DNA of 64,000 bases, from the NCBI GenBank assembly GCA_963828195.1, contig CAWHDT010000005.1:736001-800000 (forward strand), read 5' to 3'. Under the pieces are notes generated by a model, which was given only the letters and a program-made list of their open reading frames with translations, did no database searches and had not been told where the DNA came from. Origin of the DNA: Candidatus Bathyarchaeota archaeon (lineage in GTDB: Archaea > Thermoproteota > Bathyarchaeia > Bathyarchaeales > Bathycorpusculaceae). Made by a program: the position numbers and the translations under genes. Positions 19,018-28,119 of the stretch are shown piece by piece. Within the stretch, counting starts at the first letter, position 1; each line of letters starts with the position of its first letter.

Positions 19018-20442
19018 ATGACGGATTCACAATCGAGCATTTACTTTTTTAATACTTTAACGCGTAAGAAAGAATCTTTTGTTCCATTGGAACCCGGCAA
19101 AGTGAAAATGTACACGTGCGGCCCTACAGTTTATGATTATGCGCATATTGGTAATTTTCGGGCTTTTTTGTTTGAGGATTTGCTGAAGCGCTGGCTTGTT
19201 TACCGGGGCTTCAAAGTTACCCACGTCATGAACCTAACGGATATTGATGACAAAACAATTAAGGGCAGCCAAAAACAGCAGATACCGCTCAAGCAATACA
19301 CGGATTTCTATGTGAAAGCGTTCTTTGAAGACATTAAAGCGTTAAACATCCAGCCAGCCGACGTTTACCCCCGAGCCACCGAGTTCGTTCCAGAAATGGT
19401 TGCGTTAATCAAAACTTTAATGGAGAAAGGCTTCGCTTACAAAGGGGAAGATGGCTCAATCTACTATTCAGTCTGTAAATTTCCAAATTACGGTAAACTA
19501 TCAAACATAAAGGTTGGCGAGCTTAAGGCAGGTGCACGGGTAAGCCAAGATGAATATTGCAAAGAGGAAGCCCAGGATTTCGCGTTGTGGAAGGCTTGGA
19601 CGCCTGAGGATGGGGACGTTTTTTGGGAGACTGATCTGGGTAAAGGCAGACCAGGCTGGCACATCGAATGCAGCGCGATGAGCATGAAGTATCTTGGCGA
19701 AACCTTTGACATTCACTGCGGCGGAGTCAACAACATGTTTCCCCATCATGAAAACGAGATCGCTCAAAGCGAAGCTGCCACAGGCAAGAAATTCGTGAAT
19801 TACTGGCTGCACAATGAACATTTGCTTGTTGAAGGAAAAAAAATGTCCAAGCGCTTCGGCAACTTCTACACGCTCCGCGACCTCTTGGCCAAAGGGTACG
19901 ACCCGATTGCAATTCGTTACCTGCTTCTGTCCACACATTATAGGCAGCAGTTCAACTTCACTTTTGAAGGCTTAGAATCCTCGAAAAGCGCAATTGATAG
20001 GCTGAAGAATTTTGTTCGACGCTTATATGAAACAGACGGCAAGGACAGCAAGGGAAAAGTCGCCGCTTTTACTGAAAAGCTTGAGACGTGCTTCGGCGGT
20101 TCAATGGATGATGACTTGGATATTGGGATGGCGTTGGCATCATTGTTTAATTTTGTGCGGGAAATAAACAGTCTGCTTGACGCAAACATGGTAAGCAAAC
20201 AGGAAGCAGCGGATGTCGGCGGTTTGATGATGCGGGTAGATGAGGTCTTAGGCGTTATCGGTAAAGTGGAAGTGGAGGAAGCCCTGCCAGTGGATATTGA
20301 CGCACTCGTGCAGAAGCGAGAGGCGGCGCGAAAAGCCAAGAACTGGAAAGAAGCCGACGATATAAGAGCTCAGCTTAAAGCGATGGGTATTGTTCTTGAG
20401 GATACAGCACAAGGCATACGGTGGCACAAAGAGAAACCTTAA
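19018..20442 (+). CDS. cysS: Cysteine--tRNA ligase
   Basis: YTCGPTVYDYAHIGN, DFALWK, GRPGWHIECSAM, PHHENE, KMSKR. Confidence 0.98.
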   Translation: MTDSQSSIYFFNTLTRKKESFVPLEPGKVKMYTCGPTVYDYAHIGNFRAFLFEDLLKRWLVYRGFKVTHVMNLTDIDDKTIKGSQKQQIPLKQYTDFYVKAFFEDIKALNIQPADVYPRATEFVPEMVALIKTLMEKGFAYKGEDGSIYYSVCKFPNYGKLSNIKVGELKAGARVSQDEYCKEEAQDFALWKAWTPEDGDVFWETDLGKGRPGWHIECSAMSMKYLGETFDIHCGGVNNMFPHHENEIAQSEAATGKKFVNYWLHNEHLLVEGKKMSKRFGNFYTLRDLLAKGYDPIAIRYLLLSTHYRQQFNFTFEGLESSKSAIDRLKNFVRRLYETDGKDSKGKVAAFTEKLETCFGGSMDDDLDIGMALASLFNFVREINSLLDANMVSKQEAADVGGLMMRVDEVLGVIGKVEVEEALPVDIDALVQKREAARKAKNWKEADDIRAQLKAMGIVLEDTAQGIRWHKEKP

Positions 20443-21233
20443 ACAGCTTTACCTTCTAAAATCCATTCTTTTGTAGCATACTTTTCTTTGCAGAGCTTGT
20501 TTGCAAGCTCCACCTCGTATGGCGAAAGCTCGCCAGGCTCAAGCTGAATCTTGAGCATCGCCCTAAATCCCTGAGCCAACGCATTGGCAACGGTTTCAGG
20601 CATAATAGGGTGGCCGAGTTCGTTTTGGATGCTGGTGATTTTGCGTTTGGCGATGTCTGCGGCTTGAGTGCAACTTGCGTTTTTTAGTTTAAGAAGCTGA
20701 AACATTTTGGGCAGATCGACGCTTCTCAATACTGTGCCGTGCTGCAAGACGACGCCGCGGGTTATGGTTTGGCTGCTTCCTGAGATTTTTTTTCCGCCGA
20801 CCGTCATGTTGGGGCAGTTTTTGGCGTCGCCGACGCTAAAGTCAGCCGTTATCCCCAATAGCCTAAGCGCATCTTTAATCGCCTCATAAATCTTGGCGTA
20901 AACCGTGGTTATGTCCGCCGTGCCCAAGTCAGTTGCTTTGGCGATTACGCCGTAGGTAACTTCGCCCTCAAAATCGTGGAAGACGGTGCCGCCGCCGCTT
21001 ATACGCCGAACCACATCTACACCCAACTGCTTGCAAGCATCAAGGTAAACTTCGGCTTCGGGATTCTGGTTTCTGCCGACACTGACAGCTGATGGCTGCC
21101 AACGGTAAATCCGCAGGGTGTTTGGCACTTGCCCAGCAATCCGCGCCGTCAAAATCGCCTCATCAACCGCCATGTTCATGAACGCATTGTTGGTTTCAAG
21201 TGGAAGCAAACGCCAAGTATCCATACAATTCAA
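20439..21233 (-). CDS. Lipoate-protein ligase A / LipM-like protein
   Basis: NMAVDEA, VVRRISGGGTVFHD, KKISGSSQ, LQHGT. Confidence 0.9.
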   Translation of the reverse strand: MNCMDTWRLLPLETNNAFMNMAVDEAILTARIAGQVPNTLRIYRWQPSAVSVGRNQNPEAEVYLDACKQLGVDVVRRISGGGTVFHDFEGEVTYGVIAKATDLGTADITTVYAKIYEAIKDALRLLGITADFSVGDAKNCPNMTVGGKKISGSSQTITRGVVLQHGTVLRSVDLPKMFQLLKLKNASCTQAADIAKRKITSIQNELGHPIMPETVANALAQGFRAMLKIQLEPGELSPYEVELANKLCKEKYATKEWILEGKAV

Positions 21234-21350
21234 TCCTTCCTTATGGAAAAATGGGTATCACTTAAAACTGTTATGCAACATGAAAGTAAAGTTGTTTTTA
21301 GCAACCCTAATATGTGTGCACAATAATATTTTTTGTGAACAGGGACCTTA

Positions 21351-21860
21351 ATGCTCATCATTAAAGATTCAATGATCCTAATTCATCTTGCGGTAGAAGG
21401 CGTTTTGAAAGAGGCATGTATGATGTTTGGGCAAGTAATGATACCTTACGCTGTTCACAGAGAGGTAGTGGAAAAGGGAATTGACGCCAATCATGCGGAC
21501 GCGTACATTGTTCAAAAACTCAAGAAAGAAAAATACATTCAAGTCGTTGAAGTAACTGACAATATGTTGATGGACGAACTGAAACAATATGGATTACGAG
21601 GCGGAGAATTGGAGGCTGTAGCCCTATACATTCAGGAGAAAGCCGACATAATAGCATCCAATGACGATAAAGTGAGAAAACTGCGGTTGATCCTAAATCT
21701 TAACTTAGTGTCATCTCCCGAAATTGTCTTCCTACTGGCAAAAAACGGAATTGTCACCAAAAACAGGGCAATAGAATGTTTACGTGAGCTTGAAAAAATC
21801 GGGTGGTTCTCAAACAATGTATTATATTCCATTATATCGGAGGTGGATAAACTTGAGTGA
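21351..21860 (+). CDS. PIN-domain protein (DUF3368-like)
   Basis: IKDSMILIHL, IPYAVHREVVEKG, LRGGELEAVAL, SNDDKVR. Confidence 0.8.
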   Translation: MLIIKDSMILIHLAVEGVLKEACMMFGQVMIPYAVHREVVEKGIDANHADAYIVQKLKKEKYIQVVEVTDNMLMDELKQYGLRGGELEAVALYIQEKADIIASNDDKVRKLRLILNLNLVSSPEIVFLLAKNGIVTKNRAIECLRELEKIGWFSNNVLYSIISEVDKLE

Positions 21861-22170
21861 GACGACAAGCGTGGGAGTGAGGTTATCAAAGAAGTTTTTA
21901 GAGTACATTGACAAGGAAGCTGAAAGGGAAAGCGTAGATCGATCAGTCATCATCAGAAGATTAATAGAGATGGGCGCAGCAGAAGCTGAGAAAAACAAAG
22001 CGGCAAAACTCTATATGGAGGGCAAAATCTCGATAAGCGGCGCCGCTGAGATGGCTAAACTCACGATACCTGAGATGGTTGATTACCTTGTGTGCAAGGG
22101 TTTCAAGTCCGAGTATTCGATTGATGATTTCAGAAGAGGCGTAAGTCTGTTGGACAAAAAGCCCGAATAG
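21853..22170 (+). CDS. UPF0175-family RHH/HTH antitoxin-like protein
   Basis: TTG at 21853 after GAGGTGG; VDRSVIIRRLI, LYMEGKISISGAAEMA. Confidence 0.8.
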   Translation: MSETTSVGVRLSKKFLEYIDKEAERESVDRSVIIRRLIEMGAAEAEKNKAAKLYMEGKISISGAAEMAKLTIPEMVDYLVCKGFKSEYSIDDFRRGVSLLDKKPE

Positions 22171-22601
22171 CGAAAAACAAGAAGTTAGAGAACCAAGATG
22201 TACTGCCGCTGATTTTTTCAGTTAAGTTATCCAACGAACGGTAACAGGTGAACATGATGTATGAAAAACCAAAACGAGTCCGTTTTTGGCCAAATAAACC
22301 TGAAATAGACGTAACAAAAGTGACGAATTAATATTTTATTTCAATCAATTATTTGTCAATGGAACCCTAGCCTTTTTGCATCTTTCCCCATCTTTCAGTA
22401 TCTGTTCCTATCTTTCTGTATCTTCTTACACCTCAACCAGCAAACGAATCAAACGCAAAACAAAAAAAGCAACCCAAAAACAAATTTTTCGCAAAGGACA
22501 CCCCCCTACCTACTTTTTGTTGACGCACTCAGACACAAAAAGAGCAAATCATAAAGCCTTAAAACCTGAGCGTGCATTTTAAAGGCAAAGAGGAAATGTA
22601 A

Positions 22602-23483
22602 TTGAAGGTTATCTGTGGTCCAGCGTCGAAGGAGCTTGCTGAAGCGGTTTCAGCATCGGTGGGTTGCCAAAGTATTCCTGTGGCGTCGAAGGTTTTTCCC
22701 GACGGGGAATCGTATGTGCGTTTGGAAGGGGATGTTAAAGGAGAAACTGTGGCTATTGTGCAGACAACGTGTCCGCCGGCGCAGGATGGTCGGCTTCTTC
22801 AGCTGGCCTTCATGGCTGACGCCGCGAAGCGTGCTGGTGCAAGCAGGGTTTTAGCTGTTGTGCCGTATTTGGCTTATGCCCGTCAGGACAAGATGTTTCT
22901 CGCAGGTGAAGGCGTAAGCGTGGAAACCGTCGCTCGCATGCTCAAAGCGGCAGGAATCGATGAGATATTGACGGTTAACATTCACTCTGAATCTGCCCTT
23001 GCAAAGTTTCCGTTTCCCGCCAAAACAGTCAGCGCCATACCGCTTTTGGCAAGGTACTTTGTAGATAAAGGCTTCAAAGGCGCGTTCGCCCTCTCCCCTG
23101 ATAAAGGCGCCATGTACATTGCCCAGCAGGCGCAGGCAGTGCTAGGGGGAGATTGCGGGCACCTGAATAAAACCCGTGACCGATACACTGGACAGACCGT
23201 GCAGACGGCTGAGGGCTTAAACGTGAAGGGTCAAACCGTCATAATTTTCGACGACATCATCAGCACAGGCGGCACCATCGTGGGAGCAGCCAAAATCCTT
23301 CGCGAGCAAGGCGCCAAACACGTTTTCTGCACTTGCGTACACGGCTTGCTTATCGGCGACGCACAGAAACGCATCCTTGACGCAGGAGTAGAGGAAATCG
23401 TGGGGACTGACAGCGTGCCTGACGGTGTAAGCAAGGTTTCTTTGGCGCCGCTGTTGAGCCAAGAACTTAGGGCGCAAAAATAG
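22602..23483 (+). CDS. prs: Ribose-phosphate pyrophosphokinase
   Basis: FPDGESYVRL, PYLAYARQDK, SPDKGA, IFDDIISTGGT. Confidence 0.95.
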   Translation: MKVICGPASKELAEAVSASVGCQSIPVASKVFPDGESYVRLEGDVKGETVAIVQTTCPPAQDGRLLQLAFMADAAKRAGASRVLAVVPYLAYARQDKMFLAGEGVSVETVARMLKAAGIDEILTVNIHSESALAKFPFPAKTVSAIPLLARYFVDKGFKGAFALSPDKGAMYIAQQAQAVLGGDCGHLNKTRDRYTGQTVQTAEGLNVKGQTVIIFDDIISTGGTIVGAAKILREQGAKHVFCTCVHGLLIGDAQKRILDAGVEEIVGTDSVPDGVSKVSLAPLLSQELRAQK

Positions 23484-24532
23484 TGGTAAAACTTTTTTTT
23501 CTTTTGTCAGGCGAGAATGAGTCGCTGCCCGCAGCGGAGGTTAAAGCTATACTGGAGGCTGAAGGCTATCCTTACGCGAATGCTGAAGAGTTCGATCAGG
23601 TTTTGCGGTTAGAAGCAGAAGTAGGCAGCGTAAAGGCGGTTCAGGTTCGGTCGGCGTACACTCGGGTTTGTGCTTTGGAGCTTTTTGTTTCAAACGCGAA
23701 CCACGCCGACATTGCTAAGGCGGCTGCTGAAACCGACTTTAAATCCGTGCTTAAAGCTGGCGAAAGTTTCGCCGTGAGGATAAACCGCATAAAAAATTAT
23801 GCTGACCAAGCGCTAAACACGATGGCGCTTGAAGGCAAACTGGGCAAACAAATCCTAAACGGCACCGAAGACACCAAAGTCAGCCTCAAAAACCCCGATA
23901 AAACCTTCTTAGGCATAATAAGCAGTGAAAAACTTGTTTTAGGCTTGAAACTCACCGATATAACGTCTAAAACCTTCTCGGAACGACGCCCCCGAAAAAA
24001 ACCCTTCTTCCACCCGTCCGCAATGCCGTCAAAGATGGCGCGTTGCATGGTAAATCTGACGCATGCAAAAGCTGAGGATTTGCTGCTTGACCCGTTTTGC
24101 GGTACAGGCACTTCGCTTATTGAAGCCACCTACATTGGCTGCAGAGCGGTGGGGGTTGATGCGCAGAAGCGGATGGTTTTGGGGTGCAGGAAAAATCTGC
24201 GGCACTTCAACATTACGGCTGAAGGCTTAATCTGGGCTGATGCACGTCACTTGCCATTAACGAAGGCGGACTGCGTAGTTACTGACCCACCGTATGGACG
24301 CTCCTCAAGCACGCTCAAATCAACAACTAAGCAGCTGGTGCAGGATGTCTTGGCGTCTGCGTATGGCTTGCTGGGTATAGGGCAACGGATTTGTATTGCG
24401 TCTCCTAAGACATTAAACATTAAAGCGTTAGGGGTAGCATTGGGCTATAGGCATGTTGAGTCCCACTTCGCCTTTGTGCATAGAACGTTAACAAGAGAAA
24501 TCGCAGTGTTCGAGAAGGTGCAAAAAGAGTGA
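23483..24532 (+). CDS. trm11: tRNA (guanine(10)-N2)-methyltransferase, THUMP + MTase
   Basis: KPFFHPSAM, ARCMVNL, LDPFCGTG, VTDPPYGRS. Confidence 0.85.
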   Translation: MVKLFFLLSGENESLPAAEVKAILEAEGYPYANAEEFDQVLRLEAEVGSVKAVQVRSAYTRVCALELFVSNANHADIAKAAAETDFKSVLKAGESFAVRINRIKNYADQALNTMALEGKLGKQILNGTEDTKVSLKNPDKTFLGIISSEKLVLGLKLTDITSKTFSERRPRKKPFFHPSAMPSKMARCMVNLTHAKAEDLLLDPFCGTGTSLIEATYIGCRAVGVDAQKRMVLGCRKNLRHFNITAEGLIWADARHLPLTKADCVVTDPPYGRSSSTLKSTTKQLVQDVLASAYGLLGIGQRICIASPKTLNIKALGVALGYRHVESHFAFVHRTLTREIAVFEKVQKE

Positions 24533-25452
24533 GTATTCGCGTGGTGTTTTTGGGTACAAGCGGGAGCGTCCCGACATTAAAGCGGAGCTTGCCGTGTGTC
24601 GTTGTCCAGTGTCCAAAGGAACTCTGGATGTTTGACTGCGGCGAAAACACGCAGCGGCAAATGATGCAGGCAAAAGTAAGCTTCCACAAAAAACTCAAAG
24701 TCTTCCTCACACATCTGCATGGAGACCATGTGCTAGGGTTGCCAGGCGTTTTGCAGACGATGGCTCTGATGGACCGCAAAGAACCAGTCGCCGTGTATGG
24801 TCCGCCGGGAATTAAGGATTTTCTGGTCTGCACAAAAGAAACCCTCAACTTCGGATTAACTTTCCAAGTTGAAATCAACGAGATTCAGGGCGAAGGCACA
24901 ATCCAAGACGAAGAAAACTACACTCTAACAGCCGCCAAGTCTAACCATGCAGTAGAAAGCTACGCTTACGCGCTTATTGAAAAGCCGCGCCCCGGACGGT
25001 TCTACCCCAAAAAAGCCCAAGCGCTGGAAGTACCTGTTGGAGAGTTCTGGTCAAAGCTTCAAGGCGGCGAGGAAATAACGCTGCCAAACGGCAAAGTGGT
25101 TAAGCCCAGCGACGTAATGGGGGCACCTCGCGCGGGACGCAAAATAGTTTACACTGGAGACACAAAGCCGTTTGATGCGTTTGCAAAGTTTGCGGCAGGA
25201 ACCGACTTAGTTATTCACGAGAGCACCTTCGACGATTCACTAGCCGAAAAAGCCGCACACGACGGACATTCAACACCAAGCCAAGCAGCGGAGGAAGCAA
25301 AGGCAGCAGGGGCAAAAAAGCTGGTTTTGACGCATATTAGTGCACGGTATCCTGATGCAAGTTTGCTTTTGGAGCAGGCGAAAAAAGTTTTTGCGAACAC
25401 TGTGTTAGCTGAGGATTTTATGGAGTTGGAGTTGCCGCTTAATCAAGCCTAG
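24529..25452 (+). CDS. rnz: Ribonuclease Z
   Basis: FLGTSGSVP, DCGE, THLHGDHVLGL, YTGDT, HESTF, GHST, THISARY. Confidence 0.97.
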   Translation: MSIRVVFLGTSGSVPTLKRSLPCVVVQCPKELWMFDCGENTQRQMMQAKVSFHKKLKVFLTHLHGDHVLGLPGVLQTMALMDRKEPVAVYGPPGIKDFLVCTKETLNFGLTFQVEINEIQGEGTIQDEENYTLTAAKSNHAVESYAYALIEKPRPGRFYPKKAQALEVPVGEFWSKLQGGEEITLPNGKVVKPSDVMGAPRAGRKIVYTGDTKPFDAFAKFAAGTDLVIHESTFDDSLAEKAAHDGHSTPSQAAEEAKAAGAKKLVLTHISARYPDASLLLEQAKKVFANTVLAEDFMELELPLNQA

Positions 25453-26231
25453 GCGAGAAGCTGCTTTAGTTTTTTGACGCTTTCGGAAACGTCTGTTATG
25501 GATTCAACAATTACGGATTTGTCGTAGCCGATTTTCCGTAGGGTTTGCGCGAACAAGTTGTAGTCGATTTTGCCTTGACCGATGCCGAGGTGCTGGTCAT
25601 CTGAGCCGTCGTTGTCGCTTGCGTGGATGTGGACGATTTTGTCTGCCAGCAGTTGGAAGAAGGGTTCAATTTGGCCCTCCAAGTTAGCGTGCCCAAGATC
25701 CATCACGATGCCTACGGGCAGGTTTGTTTCTCGGTAGAAACGAGCGAACTCTTCAGGTTTACTCATGAAAAAATAGTATTTCGCGGGCAAATTCTCCAAC
25801 GCAATGTTTACGCCGTATTCTTCTGCTGCCCTGTAGAGTTCTTGGATGCTGTGGTTGTTTTGCTTCCAGTCAGCGCCGGGGTAGAATTGGCCGATGCCTG
25901 TTTTCGCTCCTGGATGAAAAACCCAAACCTTAGCATCTATTGCGCTGGCATAAGCCATGGATTGCTTGAGCCGTTTCATCGATGCGTTCAGCATAGTTTT
26001 GGAGGGCGAGGCAATGTTTATGTCTGCGAAGGGCGCATGCAACGAGTATTCTAAGCTGAGTGTTTTTGCGGCTTCTTTAAGGGTGGCAACTCGTTTTTTG
26101 TCAAGTTCATGCGTGCCATCATCTACAACTTCAATGGTGCGCGTGTTCATGCCGTCTAAACGTTTAACCATCCGATTGAACGGTTCACCAAGACAGTAAA
26201 GCATCGAAACACCAACTTTAGCTTTGGGCAT
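25449..26231 (-). CDS. Sugar phosphate isomerase/epimerase (AP endonuclease 2 TIM barrel)
   Basis: SLHAPFADINIAS, VFHPG, ALENL, MDLGHA, HIHASDN...DQHL. Confidence 0.85.
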   Translation of the reverse strand: MPKAKVGVSMLYCLGEPFNRMVKRLDGMNTRTIEVVDDGTHELDKKRVATLKEAAKTLSLEYSLHAPFADINIASPSKTMLNASMKRLKQSMAYASAIDAKVWVFHPGAKTGIGQFYPGADWKQNNHSIQELYRAAEEYGVNIALENLPAKYYFFMSKPEEFARFYRETNLPVGIVMDLGHANLEGQIEPFFQLLADKIVHIHASDNDGSDDQHLGIGQGKIDYNLFAQTLRKIGYDKSVIVESITDVSESVKKLKQLLA

Positions 26232-26373
26232 GCAACAGTTACCTTCCTGTTAAGAGATTAATTTGCTGCTTAAGAGTTTAAAACAAGCTTAATAACCTAA
26301 TTGAAACAAGCGAAAAAATTAGACAACCCAAAAGGTTTTTTTCTTCAGATAAGTGGCTATTTTTTGAAAAAGA

Positions 26374-26892
26374 CTATAGGAGTAGTTTTCTGCCCCACTG
26401 CGGCTGTGACCTAAATGAGTCCGGTCGGGTGGTTTTATACTGGACTTGCCTTACGCCCAGTGCCAGTTCAGTGAACTCTTTTATGGTTGTATATCGGAAA
26501 TCCCAGGTTGGCGTTCCGCAGCGTATGCCGCTGCACATGGTGTCCCCGTAAACGTACAGGCGTATTCCGCCGTAGTCGTAGGCGGCCTGTTTTTCTTCGC
26601 CGTATTTTGGTTCGGAGAGCACTTTGAAGGGCCAGATTTTGCAGGCTTCAGGCTTCATGTTTTGCAGTGCGCAGAAGTAGTTGTTTGCGTGGTTACAGAG
26701 GAAGGCGCATGAGCCGTCGCTGCCCCGTTTAATGTAGAATCGGTCTAAGCCCGCCACGGTTGTTTCCACGCCGAAAGTTTTCGCTAATTGCAGCCATTCC
26801 GCGGCGCCTAAGACCACGCTGTAGAGTTTGCAGCAGTAACCGCATGCTTTGCAACGCCAATCCGCTATGTTTTGCCATGGAACAAACTGCAT
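26374..26892 (-). CDS. YkgJ-family Cys-cluster protein
   Basis: CKACGYCC, CAFL, KPEACKIWPF. Confidence 0.85.
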   Translation of the reverse strand: MQFVPWQNIADWRCKACGYCCKLYSVVLGAAEWLQLAKTFGVETTVAGLDRFYIKRGSDGSCAFLCNHANNYFCALQNMKPEACKIWPFKVLSEPKYGEEKQAAYDYGGIRLYVYGDTMCSGIRCGTPTWDFRYTTIKEFTELALGVRQVQYKTTRPDSFRSQPQWGRKLLL

Positions 26893-27169
26893 TTTTTAGA
26901 GAACACTCTTTGCAAGGTCATGAAGTTATGAGATTAAAATCTTTTTCTTGATAAAAGCAGATTCGTAAGAAAACAAAAGGCACCTGAAAAAACTAAACAT
27001 TTCGGGAAAAAGCTCGCCTCCGCCCCCAAAAACTTGCTCCTCATATGCTATTGTACCGACAAAGTGTATCGACAAAACGTATTGACATCTACCGCCTGTA
27101 GATCCCAGTGGACAGAACGATTAAAACCAACCACTTGCGAATCTGATGGTGATAAAGAAACTAAAAAGA

Positions 27170-27661
27170 CTACGGTTTTCTGTACAGATAGATTGTGTGG
27201 GAGGGATAGCCTAACTGGGGGTTTTCACAGAAGTTCTCAACTTTCTCGGGATGCCAACCGATAATCTCGTAGTCATGCGAGACCACACGTGCACCTTTTT
27301 TGAGGTCACTTTCAAGTTTTGGCCTGATTTTCTCGTTGGCGCTCGTTGTCAAATACAAGTAAACCACATCAGCCGAGCTTAAGTTGACTTCGAACATGCT
27401 GCTATTCATTATGGTTACTCTATCGTCAAGCCCGCTCTGGTGAATCGTGCTTAACGCTTTTTTCGCCAAATCTTCACGCAACTCGATGCCGACGCCTCGG
27501 GCACCAAACATTTTCGCCGCCATAATCACGGTTCTGCCATCTCCAGAACCCATATCAAACAATACTTCACCAGCCTTCAAATCAGCAAGCTTTAACATAT
27601 ATTCTACAACACTGGTTGGACTTGGAACGAAAGGAGCAATAAACATCTTAAACTTCACCAT
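27170..27661 (-). CDS. Class I SAM methyltransferase (FAM173/aKMT-like protein lysine methyltransferase)
   Basis: APFVPSP, DMGSGDGR, GVGIE, ADVVYLYL, GARVVSHDY. Confidence 0.85.
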   Translation of the reverse strand: MVKFKMFIAPFVPSPTSVVEYMLKLADLKAGEVLFDMGSGDGRTVIMAAKMFGARGVGIELREDLAKKALSTIHQSGLDDRVTIMNSSMFEVNLSSADVVYLYLTTSANEKIRPKLESDLKKGARVVSHDYEIIGWHPEKVENFCENPQLGYPSHTIYLYRKP

Positions 27662-27673
27662 TTACTTTATGCT

Positions 27674-28018
27674 TTATGCCACGTAGGCGTCTTTTTTCGG
27701 AATCGGTCTTCTGGCTTCTCCGCATTTTGCACAACTTTGAGCGCATAAATCAAGGTATTTTTCTTCGTCCGCTGAACCAACGGCGACAGCTGCTTTCGTG
27801 CAGAGTTCGCTCGGCTCAGAACAGCCTTCTTCTTTGCATAGCTTCGAAATGTATGAACAAACTTCTTGGACATCTTGAGGTTCCAAGACAGCTCGGTTTG
27901 TGCGAACAAGCAAACATAGCTCCCTCGCCATAACACAGGTTTTAACGTATTTGATGCGTTCAAGAACTTCACTGCGTAAATTCTTTCGACTTATTTCCAC
28001 GCTTCGTAAATCCCCCAT
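27674..28018 (-). CDS. Cys-rich helical hypothetical protein
   Basis: ATG at 28018 after AGGTG; 9 Cys in 114 aa, including CAQSCAKC. Confidence 0.6.
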   Translation of the reverse strand: MGDLRSVEISRKNLRSEVLERIKYVKTCVMARELCLLVRTNRAVLEPQDVQEVCSYISKLCKEEGCSEPSELCTKAAVAVGSADEEKYLDLCAQSCAKCGEARRPIPKKDAYVA

Positions 28019-28119
28019 GGCACCTAAGCAATTAAGCAAATAAGCGGCTGGCTTTAAAAAGTTGCTGTTATTCCATAAAAACATACAATTTAACAAAAAA
28101 AGTAAACTGAATCATTTTA

